Notes under the pieces: generated by a model
What the model was told of the DNA's origin: nothing
Database searches by the model: none
What the model saw: only the letters and a program-made list of their open reading frames with translations
Part shown: piece after piece, positions 53,683-64,000 of the stretch
Numbering within the stretch: the stretch's first letter is position 1
How the letters are laid out: every line of letters begins with the position of its first letter
From: Candidatus Bathyarchaeota archaeon
GTDB lineage: Archaea > Thermoproteota > Bathyarchaeia > Bathyarchaeales > Bathycorpusculaceae
Direction of reading: 5' to 3'
Length of the DNA: 64,000 bases
NCBI GenBank assembly: GCA_963768425.1
Contig: CAVYHV010000008.1
Location: 152,932-216,931 of the forward strand
Program-made: the position numbers and the translations under genes

Positions 53683-56600
53683 TTATGCCTTCTCCTTGAG
53701 TCTTAATTTGGGAGTTATACACAGACTCTTGAGCTCCTGCAACAGAAGCTTAAAAGCGTAAGAGACGATTACTGCGGAAACTTTGGCTTTTTCGTCACAT
53801 ATCCTGCAGACATAGCGTCTTTGTTTCATGTCGAAGTAAGCGATTTGCCCGCAGTTCTCGCAGATGTAGAGCGTGTACTTGTCTGACTCTTCCAGCAATC
53901 TGTCTGTGAGCAGCATGGCTGCGCCGTGTCCGATGAGGCAGTCTCGTTCCATTTCTCCGAATCTGAGACCTCCGCCTCTGGCTCTGCCTTCAGTGGGTTG
54001 CCTTGTTAACATTTGAACTTGTCCGCGGGCTCTGGCGTGTATTTTGTCAGCGACCATGTGGTGAAGTTTTTGATAATAGACTACGCCGACGAAGACGTCT
54101 GCAACGAATTTCTCGCCTGTGGTGCCGTTGTAGAAGACTTCGCTTCCAGTATGACTGAAACCAAGTTTTACGAGGCTCTTACGTACTTCAGTCGGGACCT
54201 TCGTTTGAGAATGGTGTGCCATTTGCTGGTCTTCCTCTTGCCGATGCAGCTTTTCCAGCGAGAGATTCGATGAATTGGCCAATGGTCATTCTTGAAGGTA
54301 TAGCATGCGGGTTGATTATTAGGTCTGGCACCATGCCGTCATCAGTGAAGGGCAGATCCTCTTGCGGCACAATTAAGCCTATGACTCCTTTTTGTCCGTG
54401 ACGTGAAGCAAATTTGTCGCCAAGTTCGGGGACTCGTTGATCACGCACTCTTACTTTTACAAGTTGGCTGCCTTCGCCTGACATCGTTATGAATATGCCG
54501 TCTACGATGCCAGTTTCAGAGGGACGCATGTCGACAGATGTATCACGCATTGATGGACCTTTAACTTCGAATTCTTTGTATTCTTCCAGGAATCTCGGTG
54601 GGCTGATTCTGCCGATTAATACGTCTCCACCGACAACTTGCGATTCTAAACTGATTATTCCGTCAGGTTCTAAAAGCCTATAATATTGTTCGCCTCGGTA
54701 ACCACGGGTTCCGGGTTCTGGAACAGTGAACTTGTCTTTTAATCCGCCTAAGTATTGGCGGCATTCTGCTTCGTAAATTCGGTAGAATGTGGATCTGGCT
54801 AAGCCTCGTTCTATGGATGCTTTGTTGAATATTAATGCGTCTTCCATGTTGTAGCCTTCGAAGCTGAGCACGGCAACAACGCAGTTTTGTCCTGTGGGGC
54901 GTTGCTTGTAACCCATAACTTCCATTAGTTCTGTTTCAACCATCGGCACTTGCGGGTAGTGAAGTATGTGTGAACGTGAGTCAACACGGTGATGGAAGTT
55001 GGTGCAATAAACGCCCAGCGCTTGTTTAGCCATAGCTGCCTGGTATGAGTTACGAGGCGACTGGTTGTGTTCGGGATACGGAATTGTTGAGGCGCAAATC
55101 CCAAGAATCGTGTAAGTAGCTATTTCCACATGAGTATTTTGAGGGTTAATTGCGTCAAATGTTAAGGCGATGTAAGCGTTTTCTTCTTCTTCAGCATCCA
55201 AATACTCAATTAAACCATTCTTAACTACGTCTTCCCAAGTCCACTCGCCTAAACCGATCTTTTCAAAATGTTTAGGCTGAAGTTTTGACGCTCCATTCTC
55301 AACAATTATGAGTGGGCGCCTGACTCTGCCTTCGTCACAGTTAGCATGTACTTCCTCGGTTTCAGTTTGCTGTTTTGAGAAGTATGTTACGTTTACTTCG
55401 GTTGAGATTTCCCCAGCTCTTCTTTTCTCGCGGAAAGACTTCACCATTTCCTGCGGGTTATTGCAGTAGCCTATGATGTTTCCGTCAACGAAAACTTTAG
55501 CTCCTGAAATACGTAAATCGCGGCTGGCTTCTGCTGCTGGAACAGCACCCATTTCAAAAAGTAATTGCTTAACTCTATCGGGATTTACTCCAACGGCTAT
55601 GGAAGCTGATAGCGCTAAGTTTTTGACTAAGCCACAGTTAGAGCCTTCAGGGGTTTCGTTTGGACACAAGCGTCCCCAGTGGGTTGGGTGTAAGTCTCTG
55701 GCTTCGAAGTTAGGTTGGCTTCTGCTCAGTGGCGACTGAAGCCTGCGCAAGTGGCTTAGGGTTGAGATGTAGTTTGTTCGGTCTAAAAGCTGGGTGATGC
55801 CGACTCTGCCTCTTCCCCAGTTGCCCGTTGCCAACGCATGCTGAAAACGTTCAGTTATTATGCCAGAGCGAACTGCGACTGAAACAGTTATGATTGGTCC
55901 TTTAACGCCTATGCGTTCAAGCTGGTACTTTATGTCTCTGGTTAAGTTTCTGAATGATACGCGGAAGAGGTCTGCAAGAAGCGGACCACCGAGGCGCAAA
56001 CGTTTGTTCTTGAAATGGTCTTTATCGTCAGGTTGCCTTCTACCCGTTTTCAACTGTAGAACTCGGTATGCCATTTCGCCTAGGAAAATTGCTTTTTCTT
56101 TTCGGTTTGTTTCGCTTCTGCCTAAGTGTGGCAAGAAGTTCTTGTCCAGGGCCGTCTCGGCTTTTTGTAAGCGGTATTCTTCAACTTGTCCGTGGGCTAC
56201 ACGGTTACCGATGAATAGGATTGCGTCTGCAGGTGTGTCTACACCTATGGCTTTTTCAAATGAAGCGGCTAATTGGCTTTGCATTTCGCTGTCAAGTGAA
56301 ACTGCTTCTGCAATGTCTTTGTCTTTTTCTAGGCTTAAGGCGCGCATTATGACAACGAACGGGATTTCTGTTGGTAATCCGGGCATGGTGACGTAGATGG
56401 CGTCGTCTGATTTGAGTTTAAGTTCAATTCTTGCTCTGAAGCCGACGGTGGTTGAGAAAATTTTTGCTTGATAAACTGGTGAGGTTCCTTTCTCGTCAAT
56501 GTCTACAAGTACGCGGTTAGGCGCCAAGTCTTCCATGGCAACAATGACTCGTTCAGAACCGTTAACAACAAAGTATCCGCCTTGGTCATCAGGGTCTTCT

Positions 56601-57055
56601 CCAGCAGCAATAAGTTCCTCCTTTGAAAGCTGGGATAAGAAGCAAAGTTTCGATTTAAGCATTACAGGAATATTTCCAATGTAAACAAGTTCGGTGTCCT
56701 GTTCTCTCCCATCTATCACGGGCGTCATTTCAAGCGCCACTGGCACGGCGTATGCAAGGTTCCTGAGCCTGGCTTCCATGGGATAAATTTCGTGTTTAGA
56801 GCCATCCACTTCTGCCACGTACGGCCCTGTTATCCTCGATTGAGGATCTATCACCCAGACCTGTCCAAGCTTCACCTTGTACGGACTTTCAGGAACTTCA
56901 ATATTGATTTCGCCAACCTCATCCACCACCTCCTGCAAACCATGATCGATAAACTCGTTATAAGAATCCAGATGCTGTCTAACTAGTCCTTTCTCGTTGA
57001 AGAAAGATTTTAACAACAAATGTATATCTTCTTTTGAAATTTCAGTCAAAGTCAT
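53683..57055 (-). CDS. rpoB: RNA polymerase subunit B, unsplit (frameshift near 54195)
   Basis: [63 protein letters not shown]. Confidence 0.96.
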
Positions 57056-57282
57056 TTATCCCCCGCAAGTTTAATTACGAAACGATATTCATGTGAATGT
57101 GCTTTTCGAATGCGGACCTTCTCAAACTTTTGATTTCCTCTGATGTTGAATCATCCAACTCGAAAAATAGTCTCCAGTTTTTAAGAGCCACACACACATC
57201 CTGTACAGCTCTAATAAACTTTTTGTACATTAGTTCATTTCTTTGCCCATAAAACACGGTTCGTTACACTTTCTTAGGGTTA

Positions 57283-57503
57283 TTACATTCTAATACTTTA
57301 TCGCCTTTTATGAAGAACATCACCAACCGATTTACGATTTCCTCGGGGAAGGAAGCAATTCTCCTTTCGACCTGGTTCTCTGTTTGGCGGGTTCCTGTTA
57401 CGTTCCAAATTTGGGGGAACCATTCATCGCACTCTTTCTTTGTGAAGACCCTGATAAGGCTGAATCGCCGTCAGCGTAAATTGACGTTTATCTGTCCCTT
57501 CCG
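57283..57503 (-). pseudogene. Relic of an N4/N6 DNA methyltransferase
   Basis: FRKG...FTKKECDEWFPQIWNVTGTRQ...RRIASFPEEIVNRLVMFFIKGDKVLE resembles the AFPEE...GD.VLDPF segment; no start codon and an internal stop. Confidence 0.6.
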
Positions 57504-57506
57504 GAA

Positions 57507-59675
57507 TTACACTACAAAAGGCGCAGGCTTCTGCAGCCTTCGAACCTGATTCATAAAGCTCCTATACCAATTCTCAATTTCTGGCGATATGCTCGGCGGA
57601 ACCTCCTCCATAGCTTTCTCAAAATCGCTGAAGGTAACCTCTTTTGCGTTGATGTCTCTTCTCAAAGCGTTCATGGCGGCCTCCCTGCATACGGATGATA
57701 TATCGGCGCCGGAGTAACCTTTCGTCATGCGATGCTCCTTGATGTCCACATCATTTGATAGTGGCATGTTCTTCGTATGAATCTTAAAGATTTCAAGCCT
57801 GGCCGCTTCGTCGGGTTCTGGAACATAAATTAGCCGATCGAATCTGCCTGGCCTTAATACGGCTGAGTCGACAATATCGGGCCTATTTGTCGCAGCTATA
57901 ACTATGATGTCTTCTAAGGGCATTATTCCATCCATTTCTGTTAAAAGCTGGCTGATGACGCGTTCAGTTACTCCGCTGTCGCCGTAACCCAGCCCCCTCC
58001 TTGGAACAAGAGAGTCAACTTCATCGAAGAATATGACCGCTGGCGAAGCCATTCTAGCCTTCCTGAAGACCTCTCGAATAGCCTTTTCAGACTCGCCAAC
58101 CCACTTAGAGAAAACCTCCGGACCCTTAATCGAAATGAAGTTTGCCTCGCTCTCAGTTGCAACAGCCCTAGCCAGCATTGTCTTCCCACACCCAGGCGGG
58201 CCTATTAACAGTATACCTTTAGGCGGCTGAATCCCCAATCTCTTGAAGACTTCAGGATTTTTCAGCGGCCACTCAACAGCCTCCTTTAATTTCTCTTTAA
58301 CCTCCTCCAAGCCTCCCACTTCATCCCAATGAACAACCGGAACTTCCACAGCAATCTCCCTCATAGCTGTAGGCGTAATCTCCTTGAAGGCGTTCATGAA
58401 ATCATCTATCCGAACCTCCATCTTCTCCAGGACGTGGGGAGGTATTCGCTCTTCCTTCAGATTTATCTCGGGAAGATACCTAAGTAGAGCTTTCATAGCT
58501 GCCTCTCTGCACAGGGCGGCCAAGTCAGCACCCGTGTAACCGTGCGTCCGCTCAGCAAGCAGCTTTAAGTCAACATCATGGGCTAAGGGCATACCTCTGC
58601 TATGAATCAACAATATTTCATGACGCCCCCGCTTGTCTGGGGTCCCTATCTCTATCTCGCGGTCAAACCTCCCAGGCCTCCTGAGAGCTGGATCCAAGGC
58701 ATTCGGCCTGTTTGTTGCACCTATTACTATGACATTTCCTCTACCAGTCAATCCGTCCATGAGAGATAGAAGCTGAGCGACAACCCTTTTCTCCACTTCA
58801 CCTGTAACCTCCTCACGTTTGGGCGCGATGGAGTCCAACTCGTCTATGAGTATGATGCTCGGAGCGTTTTTATGAGCCTGTTGAAATATTTCTCGAAGCT
58901 TCGCCTCCGACTCCCCATAGAACATACTTATTATCTCAGGCCCGTTTATTGAGAAGAAGTTTACATCAGACTCATTTGCTACTGCTTTAGCTAGGAGTGT
59001 CTTTCCGCAGCCGGGTGGACCGAGCAGTAGAACCCCTTTCGGAGGATCTATTCCAAGCGTCTGGAAAATCTCGGGATGCCGCATTGGAAGTTCAATCATC
59101 TCCCTTATCAGTTGAATCTCCTTCTCCAAGCCTCCTAAGTCCTCATAGGTGGTACGTGGCACACTTTCAGCTTCCGCAACAGGGTCAGTCAATATCTGCA
59201 ATATAGTATCGAAAGTCATCTTGACTATTCCTTGGGGCTGCATCTTCGCAACAGTGAACTGAACAGAATGACCAAGCATCATAACGGACGTCTTGTCTCC
59301 CTCAACAAACGTCCTATCCATAAGTCTGTTCTTCACAAAATTTGCAAAGGCTTCGTCAACGTTCAATCGCATATTCACTGGAGCAAGCACTATGCTCATG
59401 GCATCTTTAACTTCAGCCTTGCGAACTACAACGTACTCGTTTATTGATACGCCAGCATTTTTACGTAAGAACCCATCGATTCGCATAACGTTTGGATCCT
59501 GGTCTTCAGAGTACGCTGGCCAAGCGATCGCCGACGTTTTTTTCTTCCCTGAGAACTCTATTACGTCTCCAGATGAAACCCCTAACTTTTGCATTGTTCT
59601 CTGGTCTATTCTAGCGATTCCTCTTGCCACATCTCTCTGTCTGGAATCCAGAACTTTCAGCTGAACTTCGCTCAA
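57507..59675 (-). CDS. cdc48: CDC48/VAT AAA+ ATPase
   Basis: N-domain, two [23 protein letters not shown] x2. Confidence 0.95.
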   Translation of the reverse strand: MSEVQLKVLDSRQRDVARGIARIDQRTMQKLGVSSGDVIEFSGKKKTSAIAWPAYSEDQDPNVMRIDGFLRKNAGVSINEYVVVRKAEVKDAMSIVLAPVNMRLNVDEAFANFVKNRLMDRTFVEGDKTSVMMLGHSVQFTVAKMQPQGIVKMTFDTILQILTDPVAEAESVPRTTYEDLGGLEKEIQLIREMIELPMRHPEIFQTLGIDPPKGVLLLGPPGCGKTLLAKAVANESDVNFFSINGPEIISMFYGESEAKLREIFQQAHKNAPSIILIDELDSIAPKREEVTGEVEKRVVAQLLSLMDGLTGRGNVIVIGATNRPNALDPALRRPGRFDREIEIGTPDKRGRHEILLIHSRGMPLAHDVDLKLLAERTHGYTGADLAALCREAAMKALLRYLPEINLKEERIPPHVLEKMEVRIDDFMNAFKEITPTAMREIAVEVPVVHWDEVGGLEEVKEKLKEAVEWPLKNPEVFKRLGIQPPKGILLIGPPGCGKTMLARAVATESEANFISIKGPEVFSKWVGESEKAIREVFRKARMASPAVIFFDEVDSLVPRRGLGYGDSGVTERVISQLLTEMDGIMPLEDIIVIAATNRPDIVDSAVLRPGRFDRLIYVPEPDEAARLEIFKIHTKNMPLSNDVDIKEHRMTKGYSGADISSVCREAAMNALRRDINAKEVTFSDFEKAMEEVPPSISPEIENWYRSFMNQVRRLQKPAPFVV

Positions 59676-59780
59676 TCTTCAACGCTCCATTAAATATATT
59701 TCTGATAGAAGCACTAAATCCGTTCTCTCAACATCATTAGAAAATCACCAATGGTTAAACCTTTTCAGAGAAAACATGGA

Positions 59781-59880
59781 TCATTATAATCTCAGCAGCC
59801 AACTTAACTCCCTGCGAGAACCTTCTGAAGGCTAGCTTGACCAAATCGGGGTAATCATGAGTTTGCCAAGGCATAAACCA
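59781..59880 (-). pseudogene. Relic of a stand-alone pyruvate-kinase C-terminal (alpha/beta) domain protein
   Basis: YPDLVKLAFRRFSQGVKLAAEIIM resembles the ALR.F.QG.KV..EI motif; fragment only. Confidence 0.45.
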
Positions 59881-59924
59881 ATGAAGAGAAATATTGGGAT
59901 ACAACTCTTGAGATGTTTTTGATC

Positions 59925-62756
59925 TCACGAGAAAACGTTGAAAGGGTAGTCGGGATTATTTAATTCAGCTGAAGTCAACATCATTTCTCTAAGTCTGGCT
60001 TGAGCTGCCACGAGTCTAACAATAGGAACACGGTATGGGGAACAGCTTACATAGGTTAGACCAAGAGCTTGAAAGAATTCCACACTGCGAGGATTACCGG
60101 CGTGTTCACCGCAGATGCCTACTTTGAGTTTAGAATTACCTTTTTTGCCCCAATCGATGGTGATTTTCATAAGTCTACCCACCCCTTTAATGTCCAGAAC
60201 CTCGAAGGGATTATCAATAAGAATCTTCAACTCATTATAGAGAGGCAGAAACTTGTTCTCCGCATCCTCCCTTGAGAAAGAAAAAGTGGCCTGAGTCAAG
60301 TCATTTGTACCAAATGAAAAGAAGTCGGTTACCTTTGCCAGTCGACCAGCTCGCATGCAAGCCCTAACCGTTTCAATCATCGTCCCAAATTGAATGTGCA
60401 ATTGAACACCGTGTTTTATCTCAACTTCCTTCTTTATGTCTTCCAGCCACCTGCGGACCCTCTTGAGTTCTTGCGACGTAACTACTTGGGGAATCATGAT
60501 CTCAGGTTGAGCATCCACGCCTTCATTGAGCAGTTCCGCGGAAGCCTCAAGACAAGCTCGAATCTGCATTTGGTAGATCTCAGGATATTTGATGCCCAGC
60601 CTTACACCTCGGTGTCCTAGCATAGGATTGACTTCGGCAGTCTCGCGAACCTTTTGCAGAATCTCTTCTTTCTTCTTGATTAGTTCGTCAAGAGGATGAT
60701 CTTTTTTGATTTCTGAAAGCTCACTAATGACATTTTCTACCTTGGGGATGTATTTCTGGAGTGAAGGCTCCAGGCTGACCTTAACAGAATCGGATATCAT
60801 TTCCATCTGTTGAAGACCTTGCTGCACGTCCTTGAGCCGTTCGATCTCCTGTAAAAGCGATTCTATGGAAGGCAGGAACTCATGAAGCGGTGGATCGATA
60901 AGGCGGATCGTCACGGGAAGTCCTTCCATTATCTTTAGAATCTGTTTGAAATCATTTTTCTGCATTGGCAGAAGCCGGTCCAGAGCCTCCTGTCTCTCTG
61001 CGGCACTGTCAGCGAGAATCATCTCACGAACAATCGGTAGACGATCTGTGGAATTGAACATTCTTTCCGTACGGCAAAGGCCAATCCCCTCGGCTCCCAA
61101 TTTTTTGGCCCTCGCAGCATCCTCCGGAGTGTCGGCATTAGCTCGCACCCCTAGAGTTCTAATCTCATCGGCCCATCTGAAAATCGTACTCAATTCTGGA
61201 CCGAACTGTGGATCAACAGTGGGGACCGCCCCAAGATAAATCGATCCAGTAGCTCCGTCGATCGTGATGACGTCGCCTGCCACAACTTTTTGGCCTTTAA
61301 AGAGGGCTGATTTGCTGTGGTTTTGAATCTGGATATCTCTGCAGCCTACAACACACGGTTTTCCCATTCCCCGTGCAACTACGGCCGCATGGGAGGTCTT
61401 GCCGCCGCGGCTGGTTAGTATTCCTCTCGCCTGAAAGAATCCATGAATGTCTTCCGGCTTCGTTTCTTCCCTTACGAGGATGACTGCTTCGCCCAATCGC
61501 CCCCGTCGTTCGGCCTCGTCAGCATCAAAGACGACTTTTCCATGAGCGGCCCCTGGAGAAGCAGGGATGCCTTCCGCAACTGGTTCAGCATGCGCCGTCG
61601 GGTCGATTCGATGGTGGAAGATCTGTTCAAGATGCTCGGGGCTTATACGGAGAAGAGCTTTCTCCTTAGTGAGGAGTTTCTCTGACACCATGTCAAGAGA
61701 TGTCTTGATGAATGCTGTCGCGTTCATCTTCGCGTTTCGGGTCTGGAGCAAATAGAGTTTTCCCCGCTCAATTGTGAATTCGAAATCTTGCACCTCACGA
61801 AAGTGCTGCTCTAGGACTTGGCGGATCACCTCAATCTCTTCGTACTGTTGTGGCATTTCTTTTTTCAACTGAGCAATCGGTTTAGGCGTTCTTATCCCTG
61901 CAACCACATCTTCACCCTGCGCATTGATCAGGTACTCTCCGAAAAGTGCATTCTCACCGGTTCCAGGATCCCTTGTGAAACCAACGCCTGTTGCAGAGTC
62001 ATTGCCCATGTTTCCGAATACCATGGTAACGATGTTAACCGCAGTGCCATCAGCCATTTTCGGAGTGATCTTAAATTCCCTGCGATAGTCGATGGCACGT
62101 TTTCCCCTCCATGAACGAAAAACCGCTTCGATAGCCATTTGGAGTTGTTTCCAAGGATCTTGAGGGAATTCCTGCCCCAACTCTTTTTTGAAAACTTCCT
62201 TGAACTCGTTGCAAATCTTAAGGAGATCGTCTGTGTCTAAGTCCGTGTCAAATTCGACGCCGAGCTGTTTCTTGGTAGTTTCAAGGATACTATCAAAATG
62301 ACTCTCATCCACTCCCATTGCAATTTTTCCGAAGAGTTGCAGGAACCGGCGGTATGCGTCATAGGCAAAACGACGGTTCTTTGTAGCCTTTCCAAGTCCC
62401 TCCACAACTGGGTCATTGAGTCCAAGATTGAGTATGGTATCCATCATGCCGGGCATTGATAAGGCTGCGCCAGATCTAACAGATACAAGGAGTGGATTCT
62501 CAGCATTGCCAAAGCCTTTTTTTGTCTTGTTCTCGAGACGTTTCATATGTTTCGTTACTTCAGCCATGAGACCATCTGGAAGCTTCTTGCTCTTAGCATA
62601 GTACTGGCGACAGGCTTCAGTGGTGATAACAAAGCCGAAGGGTATGGGAAGCCCAATCTGGGTCATCTCAACTAAGCCGGATCCTTTTCCTCCTAAAAGT
62701 TGCTTATTCTTGCCATCTCCCTCTTCAAAATCAAAGACAAACTTCACGTTTCCCAT
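59925..62756 (-). CDS. ppdK: Pyruvate, phosphate dikinase (probable start ATG 62756; ORF extends to 62873)
   Basis: LLGGKG, LLVSVRSGA, GEDVVAG, GGKTSHAAVVARG, GLCRTE, NPMLGHRG, FSFGTNDL, GICGEH. Confidence 0.96.
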   Translation of the reverse strand: MGNVKFVFDFEEGDGKNKQLLGGKGSGLVEMTQIGLPIPFGFVITTEACRQYYAKSKKLPDGLMAEVTKHMKRLENKTKKGFGNAENPLLVSVRSGAALSMPGMMDTILNLGLNDPVVEGLGKATKNRRFAYDAYRRFLQLFGKIAMGVDESHFDSILETTKKQLGVEFDTDLDTDDLLKICNEFKEVFKKELGQEFPQDPWKQLQMAIEAVFRSWRGKRAIDYRREFKITPKMADGTAVNIVTMVFGNMGNDSATGVGFTRDPGTGENALFGEYLINAQGEDVVAGIRTPKPIAQLKKEMPQQYEEIEVIRQVLEQHFREVQDFEFTIERGKLYLLQTRNAKMNATAFIKTSLDMVSEKLLTKEKALLRISPEHLEQIFHHRIDPTAHAEPVAEGIPASPGAAHGKVVFDADEAERRGRLGEAVILVREETKPEDIHGFFQARGILTSRGGKTSHAAVVARGMGKPCVVGCRDIQIQNHSKSALFKGQKVVAGDVITIDGATGSIYLGAVPTVDPQFGPELSTIFRWADEIRTLGVRANADTPEDAARAKKLGAEGIGLCRTERMFNSTDRLPIVREMILADSAAERQEALDRLLPMQKNDFKQILKIMEGLPVTIRLIDPPLHEFLPSIESLLQEIERLKDVQQGLQQMEMISDSVKVSLEPSLQKYIPKVENVISELSEIKKDHPLDELIKKKEEILQKVRETAEVNPMLGHRGVRLGIKYPEIYQMQIRACLEASAELLNEGVDAQPEIMIPQVVTSQELKRVRRWLEDIKKEVEIKHGVQLHIQFGTMIETVRACMRAGRLAKVTDFFSFGTNDLTQATFSFSREDAENKFLPLYNELKILIDNPFEVLDIKGVGRLMKITIDWGKKGNSKLKVGICGEHAGNPRSVEFFQALGLTYVSCSPYRVPIVRLVAAQARLREMMLTSAELNNPDYPFNVFS

Positions 62757-63161
62757 GGTCTTCGAGTCCTTTGATCTTTCTGTTCCTGTTGTTGCTCTTC
62801 CACGCTGCGAATTCACTTCCTTATCCCTGAGCGCATCACTGTCCACAGACGCGCGTTTGCCTTCCAGGTTCATTTGTTGTTTCCTCGCATCCGCTTAAGA
62901 TAACATCCAGTACACTCTTTCTTGTTGCCTTCCCAGACATTCGCAAACTCGCCACACGCGCACTTCATTTGGTTGGGGTCTCCAAGGTCTTCTCTTTGTT
63001 CTTGAAATAATCAGTGAAAAATTCTAGGGCTGCGCTAGTTAACTTAAGCATTTCAACATTATCCGAAGGCATTTGAATGTAACAATTACTATACTGAATT
63101 TTCAAAAGTGGTTTTCTCTCTTTCTTTTTTTCTGAGTATTATGGGATTTAATGGAACACTA

Positions 63162-63323
63162 CTAATGCTGATCACGCATATCAGCATCTTGAGGGATACT
63201 AGACGCATCTACTAGATGTGCTGTTCCGTCAGGACAGTAGACTTTTTCGTCTTTCTTAACTAGTTGATAGCGCCCACTGCAAACGTGCAACTGAGTGCAA
63301 CCATCACAATCTCTTGATAACAT
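63162..63323 (-). CDS. Small Cys/His metal-binding protein
   Basis: MLSRDCDGC....C...YCPDG.AHL; SD GGAGG. Confidence 0.6.
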   Translation of the reverse strand: MLSRDCDGCTQLHVCSGRYQLVKKDEKVYCPDGTAHLVDASSIPQDADMRDQH

Positions 63324-63853
63324 TCCTTCGCCTCCTATTAGTCCTTCATGGAACAACTTGGGAACTCTTAAGCATATCTCACATATTTTCCAAGGGACTC
63401 TCGAAATACAATGGCTATTGCTTCTTTTCTATAACAACGTGGCTGTTGTCAGGCCACATTGATAGACTTTCGTAGCTCTTTCTTTCACGTGCTCTATTAG
63501 TTTGCAAAGGAGCGCTTCGTTAATAATTCTGCCAACATGCCAGGGACCGTTAAATTCTTCAAAGTCAACGAATGCGCATTCTAGACGGCGCGCCAGTTTG
63601 TTGCTAAATGGTATTTACTCGCCTTTTATGATTTGGGGACAGTTTTGAGCTTCGCATCTTCATCTCGTATTCTTTCAGTATCCACCCTTCTGGAACCCAT
63701 ACAGGCGCCTTAGCTTCTGGAAGGTTAGCTGACTGTTGAAGAATCTTGATATGACGCTATATGTAGCACCGAAGGAAAGACTTGGATAAGCAGCTTTATC
63801 AGTTGGCAACTTTGTTACTTAGCTGAAATCTTTTCATCTAAGGAGTTAGAAAA

Positions 63854-64000
63854 ATGGTTGAGTCAAGAGACTACTCGATGAGGCAAAAAATCGCCTATTT
63901 CTCTATGGAGATCGGGCTGTCGAATGACATTCATACTTACAACGGAGGTTTGGGGATTCTTGCGGGGGATGTGATAAGATCGAGTGCGGATCTGAGAATT
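63854..64000 (+). CDS. glgP: Alpha-glucan (glycogen) phosphorylase, 5' part cut by the window edge
   Basis: IAYFSMEIG...[18 protein letters not shown]; SD AGGAG at 63841. Confidence 0.88.
   Translation, partial: MVESRDYSMRQKIAYFSMEIGLSNDIHTYNGGLGILAGDVIRSSADLRI

Noticed and set aside
54188-54282. Split rpoB (B''/B')
   Set aside because: The break is near the C-terminus, not at the euryarchaeal split point, and is repaired by a single base.
1-64000. CRISPR array, rRNA, integrase, intein
   Set aside because: None seen on either strand by inspection.

Overview
Archaeal chromosomal window. Gene content and order suggest TACK, most likely Bathyarchaeia (inference). About 1-46.7 kb is mostly housekeeping. 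It starts with crcB under a fluoride riboswitch, divergent from eno-rps2-MEMO1. Next is a nearly complete clustered 'archaeal' mevalonate-to-GGPP pathway (mvk, UbiD-type decarboxylase, two-subunit aconitase X, IPK, fni, GGPP synthase), interrupted by a ~5 kb accessory block. Then come gltX, srp19, rps8e, smc-scpAB, aIF5B, topo VI, ABCE1, thiL, trmY, a pilin/roadblock-protein cluster, cgi121, thermosome, trxB and two tRNAs. Just after tRNA-Pro, two IS1182 elements sit in tandem at the centre of a 36-bp palindrome. Beyond them (50-64 kb) is a mosaic region with stand-alone PCNA, Alba, an orphan rpoB followed by a ~36-codon rpoA1 stump, cdc48, ppdK, the start of glgP and several gene relics. About 15 genes, many of them essential, carry single-base frameshifts that are most likely long-read indel errors. 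Best unannotated signals: the fluoride riboswitch with an SD-sequestering hairpin, a 90-nt four-way-junction RNA candidate upstream of mvk, a 22-aa Glu/Trp micro-protein, the pilin + roadblock(-DPBB) operon, the palindrome-targeting IS1182 pair with a DUF2080 passenger, and the orphan rpoB.
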